A DNA stretch of 64,000 nucleotides, taken from a virus. Position numbers and translations under genes: made by a program. Below the pieces are notes generated by a model that saw only the letters and a list, made by a program, of their open reading frames with translations, was not told the origin of the DNA and searched no databases. Position 1 is the first letter of the stretch. Each line of letters opens with the position of its first letter. Below are positions 27,909 through 38,576 of this stretch, in pieces. The stretch lies in IMG/VR virus record IMGVR_UViG_3300031857_011362, positions 32,001 through 96,000 of that record; one strand, given 5' to 3'.

Positions 27909-30239
27909 ATGAATATAAACGTAGTTAAACGCAACGGGGAAACCGTACCCTTAGATATTTCAAAAATACAAAGACAGGTAGCATATGGATGTAGAGGCAT
28001 CGATAACGTTAGCCCGAGTATGATCGAAATCAAAGCACAAATAGAACTATGTGATGGAATGACTACAAAAACAATTGATGAACTACTGCTTAAAGCAATG
28101 GTTAATCTGATTGATGAAAGCGAAAACAGCGATATCAATAACGTAAACTATCAATACGTAGCCGGTAGACAAAAAGTCTCTATGCTACGTAAAGAAGTAT
28201 ATGGAACCTATGATCCCCCTCCTTTATATGATATTGTAAAGACAAATATTGAAAAGGGAATGTACACTAGCGAACTACTAGACTGGTATACTAAAGAAGA
28301 ATGGGATATCATCGACTTATTTCTTGACCACAGCAAGGACGAAAATTACACTTATGCGGCTATCGCACAACTAACCGAAAAGTACTTAGTGCAGAACCGT
28401 GCTACTGGCCAAGTTTTTGAAAGTCCTCAAGTACGTTATGCAATCGCGGCCGCCACTGCCTTCCACAATGAACCCAAAGAAAAAAGATTAAAATATGTTA
28501 AAGAATATTATGAATGTGCGTCTGATGGTCATTTTACTCTCGCTACTCCTGTGCTCGCTGGCCTCGGTACTACAACTAAACAGTTCAGCAGTTGTGTGCT
28601 TATTAGCAGTGACGATACCCTTGATTCGATATTCGCCTCAGGAGAAATGATGGCAAAGTATGCTAGCAAACGTGCTGGCATTGGATTAGAGTTAGGGCGC
28701 ATTCGCCCACTAGGAGCCGCCATTCGTAATGGAGAAATCAAACACACAGGCATGATTCCTTTCTTAAAGAAGTGGTTTGGTGATCTACGTAGTTGCAGTC
28801 AAGGTGGTGTTCGCAATGCATCCTGCACAGTTACATTCCCAGTATGGCACTATCAATTTGAAGACCTTATTGTGTTAAAGAACAATCAAGGCACAGAAGA
28901 AACACGTGTGCGTCAAATGGATTACTCTGTTGTAGTCAACAAGATGTTCTGGAATCGTTATCGTAACAACGAAAATATTACATTGTTTGATCCACACGAA
29001 GTTCCTGATTTGTATGAAGCATATTACAGAGACAGTGAAGAATTTGAGAAACTGTATAAAAAATATGAACAAGATAAGACAAAGAAAAAGAAGGTACTAC
29101 CCGCGGTTGAAATATTCAAAAATGGAATACTTAAAGAACGCACTGATACTGGCAGAATTTATCTTGTCAATATCGACAACGTTATCAATCAGGGCCCGTT
29201 CGACACAAAACTTGATCCAATATATCAATCAAACCTATGCCAAGAGATACTTTTACCCACCCGTCCTTTCCAGAGAATTGAAGACGAAAAGGGCAGAATT
29301 GCTCTTTGCACTCTTGGTAGCATAAACTGGGGAGCATTCAAAACCCCACAAGAAATGCGTAAAGCATGTCGTGTATTAGTACGTAGCTTAAGTAATTTGT
29401 TAACCTATCAAGACTTTCTATCAATACAAAGTAAACTGGCTAACTTAGATTTTGAACCGTTAGGTGTTGGTATTACTAACTTAGCTTACTGGCATGCACG
29501 TAAGAGTTTCAAGTATGGTGAAGCAGATGCACTAGCAGAAGTCAAGCGTTGGATGGAACATCAAGCATACTACCTCACTGAGATGAGCGTAGAACTAGCA
29601 CAAGAAAAAGGTGCGTGTAAACGCAGTGAACATACGTATTATGGCAAGGGAGTATTTCCTTGGGAACGTAGAAATCCCGGAGTCAATGAACTAACAGATT
29701 TTACTCCTAGTGCAAATTTAGACTGGGAAGTCTTGCGCCAAAATCTATTGAAGTATGGCATTAGAAATGCTACACTAATGGCAGTAGCACCAGTTGAAAG
29801 TTCAAGCGTTGTATTGAATAGTACAAATGGTATTGAGATGCCAATGGAATTGATTAGTGTTAAGGAAAGCAAAGCTGGATCGTTTGTACAAGTAGTACCA
29901 GAATACAGACGATTAAAGAATCGATATCAACTAATGTGGGATCAAAAAGACTGTGTAGAGTATTTAAAAACTAGTGCAGTATTGGCAGTATACATTGACC
30001 AATCACTATCAACAAATACGTTCTATAACCCTGCATTCTTTGATCAAGGTAAAGTACCTGGCACATTGATTGCTAAGAACTTGATGCTAGCATATAAGTG
30101 GGGAATCAAAACTATATATTATAGTTTGATTAACAAAGTAGGTAGCAAAGCGTCCCTACAAGAAGAAAATAATATTATTCCTTTTGTAAAGTTAGATGCA
30201 ATAGAAGATGAAGAATACTGTGAAAGTTGTGTATTATGA
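27909..30239 (+). CDS. nrdA: Ribonucleotide reductase class Ia alpha subunit with ATP cone
   Basis: VVKRNG ATP cone, FSSCVL, SNLCQEI, APVESSS, KTIYY, C-terminal CESC. Confidence 0.97.
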   Translation: MNINVVKRNGETVPLDISKIQRQVAYGCRGIDNVSPSMIEIKAQIELCDGMTTKTIDELLLKAMVNLIDESENSDINNVNYQYVAGRQKVSMLRKEVYGTYDPPPLYDIVKTNIEKGMYTSELLDWYTKEEWDIIDLFLDHSKDENYTYAAIAQLTEKYLVQNRATGQVFESPQVRYAIAAATAFHNEPKEKRLKYVKEYYECASDGHFTLATPVLAGLGTTTKQFSSCVLISSDDTLDSIFASGEMMAKYASKRAGIGLELGRIRPLGAAIRNGEIKHTGMIPFLKKWFGDLRSCSQGGVRNASCTVTFPVWHYQFEDLIVLKNNQGTEETRVRQMDYSVVVNKMFWNRYRNNENITLFDPHEVPDLYEAYYRDSEEFEKLYKKYEQDKTKKKKVLPAVEIFKNGILKERTDTGRIYLVNIDNVINQGPFDTKLDPIYQSNLCQEILLPTRPFQRIEDEKGRIALCTLGSINWGAFKTPQEMRKACRVLVRSLSNLLTYQDFLSIQSKLANLDFEPLGVGITNLAYWHARKSFKYGEADALAEVKRWMEHQAYYLTEMSVELAQEKGACKRSEHTYYGKGVFPWERRNPGVNELTDFTPSANLDWEVLRQNLLKYGIRNATLMAVAPVESSSVVLNSTNGIEMPMELISVKESKAGSFVQVVPEYRRLKNRYQLMWDQKDCVEYLKTSAVLAVYIDQSLSTNTFYNPAFFDQGKVPGTLIAKNLMLAYKWGIKTIYYSLINKVGSKASLQEENNIIPFVKLDAIEDEEYCESCVL

Positions 30240-31336
30240 GTAAAGAACAATATAATTTAAGTAAGCAAACAAACTACCTCAAGCGTACAATGTTTTTAGA
30301 CCCAGCCGGTCCTGTAACAGTACAACGTTTTGAAGAAGTTAAGTACCCTCGCATTGCCAAGTATGAAGAAACAGCACGTGGCTTCTTTTGGGTGCCCGAA
30401 GAGATTTCGTTGACTAAAGATAAAATGGATCACAAAGATTCCAGTGATGCTATCAAGCATATTTTTACTAGCAACCTACTAAGACAAACAGCCTTAGACA
30501 GTATTCAAGGTCGTGCACCTAGTCAAGTGTTTAGTCCTGTAATCAGTATACCTGAACTTGAAGCACTAGTGGGTAACTGGAGTTTCTTTGAGACTAACAT
30601 TCACAGTAAGTCATACAGTCATATCATTCGCAATGTATATGGTGTACCTAAAGAAGAATTCAACAAGATACATGATACAAAAGAGATTATTGACATGGCT
30701 GCTAGCATCGGTAGATACTATGAAGCACTACATCAACTTAATTGTTTAAAAGAAACAGGTTCTGAAGTATCAGAACGTGAACACATTAAAGCTATTTGGA
30801 TGGCACTACATGCAAGTTATGCATTAGAAGCATTTAGATTTATGGTAAGTTTTGCAACAAGTCTTGCTATGGTAGAGAATCGAATTTACATTGGTAACGG
30901 AAACATTATCTCCTTGATCCTGCAAGATGAGTTGCTTCACGCTGAGTGGACAGCATGGTTGATTAATAACGTGACTAAGGATGATACTAGATTTGCTTCT
31001 ATTGTAGAAGAATGTCGTGTCGAAGTGTATGCATTGTATATGGAAGTTATTAAAGAAGAAAAAGAGTGGGCCGAGTATCTATTCAGTAAGGGTGTAGTAA
31101 TTGGCTTGAATGCAGAGATATTAAAAGACTTTGTAGACTTTACTGCATTTACTCGTTTGAAAGAAATTGGTATCAAGTACACGGAAAACTATCCTAAGCA
31201 TAGTCCTATCCCATGGTTCAACAAGCACGTTAATTTAAATAAAAAACAGGCCGCGCTCCAGGAGACAGAAAGTACATCCTATGTAATAGGGGTAATGTCA
31301 GATACAGTTAATTATGATGAGTTGCCAATTCTATGA
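30236..31336 (+). CDS. nrdB: Ribonucleotide reductase class Ia beta subunit
   Basis: [35 protein letters not shown] di-iron ligands; ATG overlaps the nrdA stop. Confidence 0.97.
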   Translation: MSKEQYNLSKQTNYLKRTMFLDPAGPVTVQRFEEVKYPRIAKYEETARGFFWVPEEISLTKDKMDHKDSSDAIKHIFTSNLLRQTALDSIQGRAPSQVFSPVISIPELEALVGNWSFFETNIHSKSYSHIIRNVYGVPKEEFNKIHDTKEIIDMAASIGRYYEALHQLNCLKETGSEVSEREHIKAIWMALHASYALEAFRFMVSFATSLAMVENRIYIGNGNIISLILQDELLHAEWTAWLINNVTKDDTRFASIVEECRVEVYALYMEVIKEEKEWAEYLFSKGVVIGLNAEILKDFVDFTAFTRLKEIGIKYTENYPKHSPIPWFNKHVNLNKKQAALQETESTSYVIGVMSDTVNYDELPIL

Positions 31337-31872
31337 CGACAATTATCAAAATGATACCTCTTCATTGCATTTGAGCCACCTTCTAGCTCACAGTGTGGGC
31401 AAGTAGTTTTAAGTTTTGACCCTAATTTTTTGCCCTTCAATATATTAGGCAACCCTTTATTCCAAGCAACATATCCTCTAGCCTTAGGACTAGCTAATCT
31501 AGCAGCCACAACATTCGCAATGTGCTCTGGTGATTTTTTACGGCCAGTAAGTTGTTTACTTGCATTGGATTTAAATTCATCGGACCTAATACATCCGGTA
31601 CCTCCTTCGCCACCGTCTGTCATATTGTGAAGTATCCCGTTACCCAAGTCTTTACGACCGTACCATTTGATATAACGTCTTTCTAATGCAAAAGCGCCTA
31701 GCTCAGATAGATTTTTCTCTAAAAAAACAATCCTACGTAGATCCTTAGGTGTATGTACTCCACCTCTCTTGGTACGATGTGATTGAAATGCTCTGCTATC
31801 TTTACCCTTACCAATGTAGTAGGGTTTGCCGTCTTTTCTTATATAGGCGTAGACATAATATGCTAAATACAT
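31312..31872 (-). mobile_element. Free-standing GIY-YIG (Seg-like) homing endonuclease with NUMOD3-like and C-terminal Zn motifs
   Basis: [41 protein letters not shown]; converges on the nrdB 3' end. Confidence 0.85.
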
Positions 31873-31940
31873 TGCTGATTGCTCCCTTAAAGCGTTAGAG
31901 TAGTTAGGAACTCCAATTCCGTGAACTACACTAATATTTA
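31873..31940 (-). promoter_or_regulatory. Late promoter, nested hairpin and SD leader of the endonuclease
   Basis: Minus strand: TAAATA, then GTAGTT-cac-GGAAT-tgga-GTTCC-t-AACTAC, then AAGGGAG and ATG. Confidence 0.6.
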
Positions 31941-31951
31941 TGCCATTATCA

Positions 31952-31980
31952 TTGATAATGATAGGTATATCGTGTATAAT
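31952..31980 (+). promoter_or_regulatory. sigma70-type promoter
   Basis: TTGATA-N17-TATAAT. Confidence 0.75.
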
Positions 31981-32001
31981 ATAAAATTATAAAGGAAAAA
32001 T

Positions 32002-32232
32002 ATGACAGCAATCATATGGAGTAAGTACCACTGCCCTTATTGCGACCAAGCAAAGGCATTACTAACTAGTAAGGGTATCCAATTTGAAGAAAAGAAAATT
32101 GGTGATGGATACACCAAAGAAGAATTATTAGAAGCTGTACCAACAGCCAGAACAGTCCCGCAGATTTTCCTAGACGGAGAATTGATCGGTGGGTTCAATG
32201 AACTCAAAACAAAATTAAAAGAAAGCGCATAA
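32002..32232 (+). CDS. Glutaredoxin
   Basis: CPYC active site, TVPQIF..IGG. Confidence 0.95.
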   Translation: MTAIIWSKYHCPYCDQAKALLTSKGIQFEEKKIGDGYTKEELLEAVPTARTVPQIFLDGELIGGFNELKTKLKESA

Positions 32233-32540
32233 TGCTACAAATAGCCCTAGAACCAAATACAGTATATACATTTAAATTAAACAGCGGAGAAGAACTTATT
32301 GCTAAAGTAAGATTGTCCGGTGGTGATTGGATTCACATTGAAGAACCCGTTTCTATTGCACCAATGCAACAGGGTATGCAAATGATCCCTAGCGTGTTTA
32401 CCGCAGATCCGAAGGCTGAATTCAAGCTAAATACTAATAGTATTGCAATAGTTGCAACTACAGATGATAGCTTAAAGATGAAATATTTAGAAGCTACAAC
32501 AGGTATTAAAGTACCTGACAAGAAAATTGTATTAGGATAA
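32232..32540 (+). CDS. Small phage protein, possibly Sm-like fold
   Basis: FKLNSGEELIAKV pattern; ATG overlaps the glutaredoxin stop. Confidence 0.6.
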   Translation: MLQIALEPNTVYTFKLNSGEELIAKVRLSGGDWIHIEEPVSIAPMQQGMQMIPSVFTADPKAEFKLNTNSIAIVATTDDSLKMKYLEATTGIKVPDKKIVLG

Positions 32541-32541
32541 T

Positions 32542-32823
32542 ATGCCAGCATTAAGTCGTGTAGGAGATCAGAATCAGCCCGGTGGAGCAATTGTCCGCGG
32601 CGCCGATTCAGTGTATGCGAATGGAATCCGTGTTGGATTACATGTTAGCACCATCACTCCTCACGCACCCTGGGGTAGACCACATCCACCACACAAATCA
32701 GCAACCACTACCGAAGGTAGTCCTACTGTGTTTGCAGAAGGTGCACCTGTTCTTAGAGTAGGGTCAGGAAACAGTTGCGGTCATAGTATCGTACAAGGTA
32801 GTCCTGATGTATTTGTGCCATGA
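32542..32823 (+). CDS. PAAR-repeat baseplate spike tip (gp5.4-like)
   Basis: RVGD..GS..V..NG, His-rich PHxxH, CGH..GSPDVF. Confidence 0.9.
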   Translation: MPALSRVGDQNQPGGAIVRGADSVYANGIRVGLHVSTITPHAPWGRPHPPHKSATTTEGSPTVFAEGAPVLRVGSGNSCGHSIVQGSPDVFVP

Positions 32824-35456
32824 GTTTAACCGGTAAATATTCTCCCCTTAACTTAAACAGTTTAGGGTCTTTTGTTCAGAACCAAGGCTTACGCATCAAC
32901 GCAGTTGCACAAAGTCATATGGGAACTAGTAACTCCCTATCTAATTATGTAATGGGATCTACTACACAAGGTACTGTATTGCGTATGTTGGTGTTGAGTA
33001 TTAGAGCAGGATTCTTAAACAGTAACCTGACTGTCTATAATAATTTAATTTCAATAGGCTCTACTTCTATCCCAGCATTGGGTGACAGCAAACCACCTGA
33101 ATATACTAGAACAGCATCACTTAATCCTTACCCTAATGCAGTACCTTACACAAGTGAGTATACTAGTTTCGGATGGTTACGTATTATACCGTTACAAGCA
33201 CATTATGAATTTTATATAAACAACGGATCATACACTGATTTCTTGTTCACGTTTAATATGGCTCATGGATTTATTAGTCAGTCAAACAAAGCGATTGATG
33301 CAATGAATGCATCAGATACATACTTAGATGGTGCATATAGCAATATGAACGACCTAGTAACTGCTGATTTTTCGGGAGTTACCTTAGCATTGTTCTTTTG
33401 GGGGCAAGACTTAATTGCATCCGGTAGAAGTATTGACTTGCATAATATCGATAAGTTCGGTAGCCCTGTAGTATTATTAAGAACGTTATTTAAAACTAAG
33501 TCACTTACTAAAGCGGTAAATCTAGCATTACTAGCAGCCGGTTTTTCTTCTGATGAAATAGATTCTCTTGTTGCAGGGGCAGAGCCTAGTACTGACCAGC
33601 AGAAAAAACTATATAGCGCATACTGTATTGTTATGGGTATAGACCTTGTTGAAGTTATGATAGGTTTGAATTGTCAAACCAAAGGAGTAAGAACACTTGC
33701 AGATTTATTAGATCCAAAGTATTTGTTCCCAAATAGTTATGCTACACTAACGTCACCTACATACAATGGTGTACCGGGCCCTACTAATAGTAAAACTTAT
33801 TACCTAATATATACTGCCGGCGAAGTAACTTCTTACATAGTAAACAACTATGGTGAGAGCTTAAAAATAATTTTACCAGAGTCATTAGCTTCTGCGTGTG
33901 ATGCATTTTCTACGACAATGTTACAAATTAAAAACATCAAGTCAATGGATATTGAAAGATTTAGTCAAGTAGTACAAAATTTAGAAACAGTATCTGATCT
34001 AGGAGTTAATGGTACAAATGTCCCTGCAAATCAACCTATTAGAAATACCACACTGCCACTTATTGCATTAGGCAATGGCGAAAAAGGTAGATATACTACT
34101 TGTGATTTCTTTGGAGCAATGTCAGGTCTCTCGTATGATTGGCGAATATTAGAAGGGTATATTAAGAGTTTACAAACTGCAAAGTTGTTTAAAATATACA
34201 ATGAACTGTACTTAGCAATAACTTGGAAACAAGCTACATTCAATGTAACTACGGAACAAAGAGCAGTTGAAACAAGTCCTGATTCAGGCGTATACACATG
34301 GCAGTATAGAATCAACAGCACTACTATAACTGATTCAGGCGGCGGTTATGGAAGAAACGGAGCCCCGGGCCCGGGTGGCGATTACACCTTCTCTGATGGT
34401 ACTCTTGCTAGTTCCGGTGGTGCACTTCTTACTTGTAATCCTGACACTAATCCTAGTAATGCACCAAGTACATATGGTAGAATAGTAAATTTAAATTTAT
34501 CATCCATACCCGGATCATGGGTGACTTATGGTACAGGTGGATCAACTCCTGCTAATCCCGGAATTCAATATCGTTTACAGGCACCACCTGTAACATATAT
34601 TAGTTATCCTTATACTGGTGGAACTAACTCTCCTTTTGGTACAGCTGGATGGCCTACTATGAACAGTGTGGTTCAATCTTTAATAAATGATGCTAACACT
34701 GAGATTGCATCTATTGCAACCAACAATCCTGCATTAATGGTAACAGCTAATAACTTATACAATGTATTCGGCAAACACATGAGATTAGAACAGAATGCTA
34801 GAAGTCTAGGATTAAGACAAGAAAAATATTTACCTGACCTAGATACTACTGTCACTGAGATATATGGATTCATGGAAAGTTTGAATGGCTATGCTACTCA
34901 GACAGAAAAATGGGGTCCTGTACAAAACTTAGAAGCCATAACTGATACTTCTAAAGTGGGAGGTAACAGTATGATTGGTAGTATGCGTGAAGTACGTAAT
35001 GCGCATAGACTAGGATTGACCGGAGCTGAACAAGACAATGAGGTTGGTATTGAGAAATTATCATTGCCTAGAGTCAACGGTTCAATACCAACCACTACCA
35101 AAACAGATCCTGTAACAGGTAATACTATTACAGTACCACTAATCACTACTAGCCCTCTGATTGGTCTGCCTATCATAACGGGCGGTCCTGGACCAGTTGG
35201 TCCACCGTGGGGAGATGTTATAACAGGTTCAAGCAATAATGAAACAACACCAAATGATTCAGACATTGCTTCACCGTATCCGGTCATTAACCCAAATACA
35301 GGTAATCCGAATACATCGCCGTGGACTACATTAGTCCCATCATCGATAGATTTAATTAATATTACTGATATCGTAAAACCGTCAATTATTACGCCGTCTC
35401 AGGCAATCGATGAAGTTGTGTTATGTAACTGCGATTGCTGGGATCATATAATCTAA
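32820..35456 (+). CDS. Large hypothetical, probably baseplate-associated structural protein
   Basis: 878 aa, overlaps the PAAR stop, C-terminal CNCDCW. Confidence 0.6.
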   Translation: MSLTGKYSPLNLNSLGSFVQNQGLRINAVAQSHMGTSNSLSNYVMGSTTQGTVLRMLVLSIRAGFLNSNLTVYNNLISIGSTSIPALGDSKPPEYTRTASLNPYPNAVPYTSEYTSFGWLRIIPLQAHYEFYINNGSYTDFLFTFNMAHGFISQSNKAIDAMNASDTYLDGAYSNMNDLVTADFSGVTLALFFWGQDLIASGRSIDLHNIDKFGSPVVLLRTLFKTKSLTKAVNLALLAAGFSSDEIDSLVAGAEPSTDQQKKLYSAYCIVMGIDLVEVMIGLNCQTKGVRTLADLLDPKYLFPNSYATLTSPTYNGVPGPTNSKTYYLIYTAGEVTSYIVNNYGESLKIILPESLASACDAFSTTMLQIKNIKSMDIERFSQVVQNLETVSDLGVNGTNVPANQPIRNTTLPLIALGNGEKGRYTTCDFFGAMSGLSYDWRILEGYIKSLQTAKLFKIYNELYLAITWKQATFNVTTEQRAVETSPDSGVYTWQYRINSTTITDSGGGYGRNGAPGPGGDYTFSDGTLASSGGALLTCNPDTNPSNAPSTYGRIVNLNLSSIPGSWVTYGTGGSTPANPGIQYRLQAPPVTYISYPYTGGTNSPFGTAGWPTMNSVVQSLINDANTEIASIATNNPALMVTANNLYNVFGKHMRLEQNARSLGLRQEKYLPDLDTTVTEIYGFMESLNGYATQTEKWGPVQNLEAITDTSKVGGNSMIGSMREVRNAHRLGLTGAEQDNEVGIEKLSLPRVNGSIPTTTKTDPVTGNTITVPLITTSPLIGLPIITGGPGPVGPPWGDVITGSSNNETTPNDSDIASPYPVINPNTGNPNTSPWTTLVPSSIDLINITDIVKPSIITPSQAIDEVVLCNCDCWDHII

Positions 35457-35466
35457 TCCAAAACAA

Positions 35467-35495
35467 TTGACATTAACCCTTACATAGTGTATTCT
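35467..35495 (+). promoter_or_regulatory. sigma70-type promoter
   Basis: TTGACA-N17-TATTCT; SD AAGGAG follows. Confidence 0.7.
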
Positions 35496-35517
35496 ATGTA
35501 TAGAAAAAGGAGTGTAT

Positions 35518-36138
35518 ATGAAAAATATAGCCCTAAATCCCACTAAGATATTTGCAATATTATTAGTCGTATTTACACTTATCGTAGTGCTTAGTAACAC
35601 CAGTATAGAACCAGAACCAGAACCAGAACCAGAAAAAATTGCAGAAGTTGTAGAAGCCAAACCAGTTGACAACAAACAATTAAAATGTTTAGCTGAAAAT
35701 ATATTCTATGAAGCCCGAGGCGAAAGTATTACTGGAAAGGCAGCAGTAGCTAGAGTAGTAATGAATAGAGTAAACCACGGTTTTGCTAGTACTCCTTGCA
35801 ACGTGATATACCAAGTAACAATGGTAACCAAGATTAATGAAGAAACATTAGATGAATACAAAGTTAGACTTTGCCAGTTTAGTTGGGTATGCGAGAACAG
35901 ACAAAAAATAAACGTCAACGACCCTAAATATATACAAGCAATGGATATTGCATATCAAGTGTTAGCGTATGATGCATACCATGATGTATTACCTAGAAGT
36001 GCATTATTCTTTCATAACTTGACCGTTGATCCGTTCTGGCCATATAAACAAGTAGCAAGAATAGGTAATCATATTTTTTATAGTAAACAGAAAGTAAAAC
36101 AAAATGATAAGCAGAAGTCCTCAGAGAGGAACATTTAG
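35518..36138 (+). CDS. Cell wall hydrolase, SleB/Hydrolase_2 family, N-terminal membrane anchor
   Basis: CLAENIFYEARGE..AVARVVMNRV..CQFSW..ALFFH..IGNHIFY. Confidence 0.92.
   Translation: MKNIALNPTKIFAILLVVFTLIVVLSNTSIEPEPEPEPEKIAEVVEAKPVDNKQLKCLAENIFYEARGESITGKAAVARVVMNRVNHGFASTPCNVIYQVTMVTKINEETLDEYKVRLCQFSWVCENRQKINVNDPKYIQAMDIAYQVLAYDAYHDVLPRSALFFHNLTVDPFWPYKQVARIGNHIFYSKQKVKQNDKQKSSERNI
35608..35634 (+). repeat. (GAACCA)4.5 microsatellite encoding an EP linker
   Basis: Direct reading. Confidence 0.9.
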
Positions 36139-36139
36139 T

Positions 36140-36670
36140 ATGGAACGTTATGAGAAAAAACTCATAGAAGATCCACAGGATGAAACTGCACGTTCTATGA
36201 TAGAGTATTTTAAAACTAGTACTCAACATAAACTAGATTTAGAAGAAACTGATGAGTGGCGCATTGATAATATGGAATATGATTTGCGAACCAGCGAACT
36301 TATCATAGAGAAGTGCAATGATAGTATCTATGCGCAACATCTCTATGCCGCAATGTGCAACAATGAATTTATTAAAAACGATGTGTGGCCTATATTATCA
36401 GACAAACGATGGGGTTGTTCATGGAGATACGCTGGTGGAATAGTTGCTGACATACGACAAGAGGGTGATTATATTGACTGGTACTGTAGCGGCATACGTA
36501 ACAACGAAGACCTAACTGACGAAGAATATAACCAGCTTAGTAGAGAAGCACAAGAAAAGTATTTGGAAACTAAAGCCAGTGTAGCCGAAAGCGTAGTGAC
36601 TGATGAAATACGAAAAGATTTGTTATCAATTGGGTGGCTTGTAGTAGATTCGGACAACCAAGACTACTAA
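36140..36670 (+). CDS. Hypothetical phage protein
   Basis: SD GAGGA before ATG 36140; YAQHLYAAMCNN..WGCSWRYAGGIVAD..YIDWYCSG. Confidence 0.65.
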   Translation: MERYEKKLIEDPQDETARSMIEYFKTSTQHKLDLEETDEWRIDNMEYDLRTSELIIEKCNDSIYAQHLYAAMCNNEFIKNDVWPILSDKRWGCSWRYAGGIVADIRQEGDYIDWYCSGIRNNEDLTDEEYNQLSREAQEKYLETKASVAESVVTDEIRKDLLSIGWLVVDSDNQDY

Positions 36671-36734
36671 ATATAGTTATGTGTCAACGGAAACGTCCTC
36701 TGAGGCGTTATATTAGTATGACTAGGAGAATGTT

Positions 36735-37040
36735 ATGAAAAAATTTATATTTGCACTATTGTTATTATTGGCTAGCGTTCCCGCTTTTGCTCAACATCAT
36801 TTTCGCTATCATGGTCACGGACACGGCCATCAGCGTGGTGGATGGGGTTTGGGACAAGTTGTTGGTGGTGCTATAGTGGGTGCAGTCATATACGATATCT
36901 ACAATAGACCTCTCGTAGTTCAACAACCACAAGTAGTTATTCAACAACAGCCTGTAATACAAAGTCAAAACTGTACGCCGTGGACTGAAACTTATCACTC
37001 TGATGGCACTATCACACGTACTAGAACTTGTCAGCAATAA
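36735..37040 (+). CDS. Secreted/membrane His/Gly/Gln-rich small protein
   Basis: Signal peptide MKKFIFALLLLLASVPAFA; glycine-zipper-like GGAIVGAVI; SD AGGAG. Confidence 0.7.
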   Translation: MKKFIFALLLLLASVPAFAQHHFRYHGHGHGHQRGGWGLGQVVGGAIVGAVIYDIYNRPLVVQQPQVVIQQQPVIQSQNCTPWTETYHSDGTITRTRTCQQ

Positions 37041-37093
37041 ATATTTTGGTTACTGTATTTTGCTATAAATTATAGTAACTGAGAGATTTTTTA

Positions 37094-37948
37094 ATGTCAA
37101 CTGAAGAAGAAATTCAACAAACCATCGATTCAATGAAGGATTCACTGCTACTTACTGATAGTAGAGTGGGAGTCTTTTTGGTATATAGAAATGATAACAC
37201 TGTAAGTAAGTCAATTGACATGTACGGTGAATACTGCCAAGCAGAAATTAACATAATTAAGCAATACTTACCCGATGATACTAGTCAATATATCGATATA
37301 GGTACTAACGTTGGATATCATTTAGTAGCGGTGCATAAAGAAACAAACTGTAATGCACTGGGATTTGAACCCAATCCTAAGCATTTTGCAGTAGCATCTT
37401 ACAACAGCAAAGACTACCCTAAAATTCAAATTATCAACGCTGGCGCTAGTAATAAAAAATCTGAACGTGTTTTAAAAGATTTCGACCCCGAAGTAAAATC
37501 TAACTACGGTGATATACATATCACTAATAGTAGCGAAGGCATTCCTGTTAGAATGCTTACCTTAGATAATGTAGAACTTGCCCACTGTAACGTTATCAAA
37601 ATTGACGTAGAAGGGCATGAGTTTGAAGCACTACAAGGATGTGTTAAGACTATCAGCAAATTCAGACCTGTTATCTTTTATGAAGCAATGGAATGGGATG
37701 TTTGGAATAACTGCCAACAGTTTTTAGAAGCTAGAAAATACAAACAATATTGGGTAGCTTGCAGAACTAAGCCTATTGCAGAAACATTTAAACATAGTGA
37801 TGAAAACCCATTTGAAGACAGCACCGTAGCTAACATTTTAGCAGTACCGGCTGAATTAGCACAACCAGACTACTTAGTTGAAGTAGTCCCGGGTGAGGGA
37901 TTTATGACATGTTTCGAACGCTATAAAAAAATTAAGATACTATTTTGA
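37094..37948 (+). CDS. FkbM-family methyltransferase
   Basis: YIDIGTNVGYH, FEP, IKIDVEGHE..PVIFYE. Confidence 0.88.
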   Translation: MSTEEEIQQTIDSMKDSLLLTDSRVGVFLVYRNDNTVSKSIDMYGEYCQAEINIIKQYLPDDTSQYIDIGTNVGYHLVAVHKETNCNALGFEPNPKHFAVASYNSKDYPKIQIINAGASNKKSERVLKDFDPEVKSNYGDIHITNSSEGIPVRMLTLDNVELAHCNVIKIDVEGHEFEALQGCVKTISKFRPVIFYEAMEWDVWNNCQQFLEARKYKQYWVACRTKPIAETFKHSDENPFEDSTVANILAVPAELAQPDYLVEVVPGEGFMTCFERYKKIKILF

Positions 37949-37961
37949 TATAGTAACTACC

Positions 37962-38576
37962 ATGCAAATAGACACAGACCATTTACATCATTGGATGAGA
38001 GCTATTCGTGGTAGTAAAGATCCTTTAAGAACAATGGATGCGTTTTGGAACGGTCAAATAAAAAGCAAAGAGTGGTTAATAGATAGTTTAGATTTTGTCA
38101 TTCGACCCTATATCAATAAAACAGTACTGTCAATAGACATTCACGGCGGCTGGGTTGGAGTACTAGCCAGCATGTTGTTTCAAAGTAACCTACACATATC
38201 AACTATTCGTAATATAGATATTGACCCTGATTGTCAAGATATAGCTCACACTATGAATCAGCTAGAAACTCATGCAGGAAGATTTCGTGCTATTACTGCT
38301 GATATGTGTGTAATTAGGTCAGATGCAGATATTGTCATAAACACTAGCTGTGAACATATATCACAAGATGCGTATGAATTATGGTTGTCTGGAATTAGGA
38401 ACGACAGTTTGATAGTTCTGCAAAGTAATAATTACTCAATACCAGAACATGTTCGGATTGCTAATAGCCTGGCAGAATTTAAGAGGCAGGCATGTATAGA
38501 AAATATATTATATACCGGTGAACTTGATTTGCCCCTGTATAAAAGATACATGATTATAGGAAAAAAGTATGTTTAA
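37962..38576 (+). CDS. Class I methyltransferase-fold protein
   Basis: IHGGWVG..NIDID..ADM..VINTSCEH. Confidence 0.65.
   Translation: MQIDTDHLHHWMRAIRGSKDPLRTMDAFWNGQIKSKEWLIDSLDFVIRPYINKTVLSIDIHGGWVGVLASMLFQSNLHISTIRNIDIDPDCQDIAHTMNQLETHAGRFRAITADMCVIRSDADIVINTSCEHISQDAYELWLSGIRNDSLIVLQSNNYSIPEHVRIANSLAEFKRQACIENILYTGELDLPLYKRYMIIGKKYV

Noticed and set aside
27909-31336. Intron or intein in nrdA/nrdB
   Set aside because: Both ORFs are continuous and of normal class Ia length.
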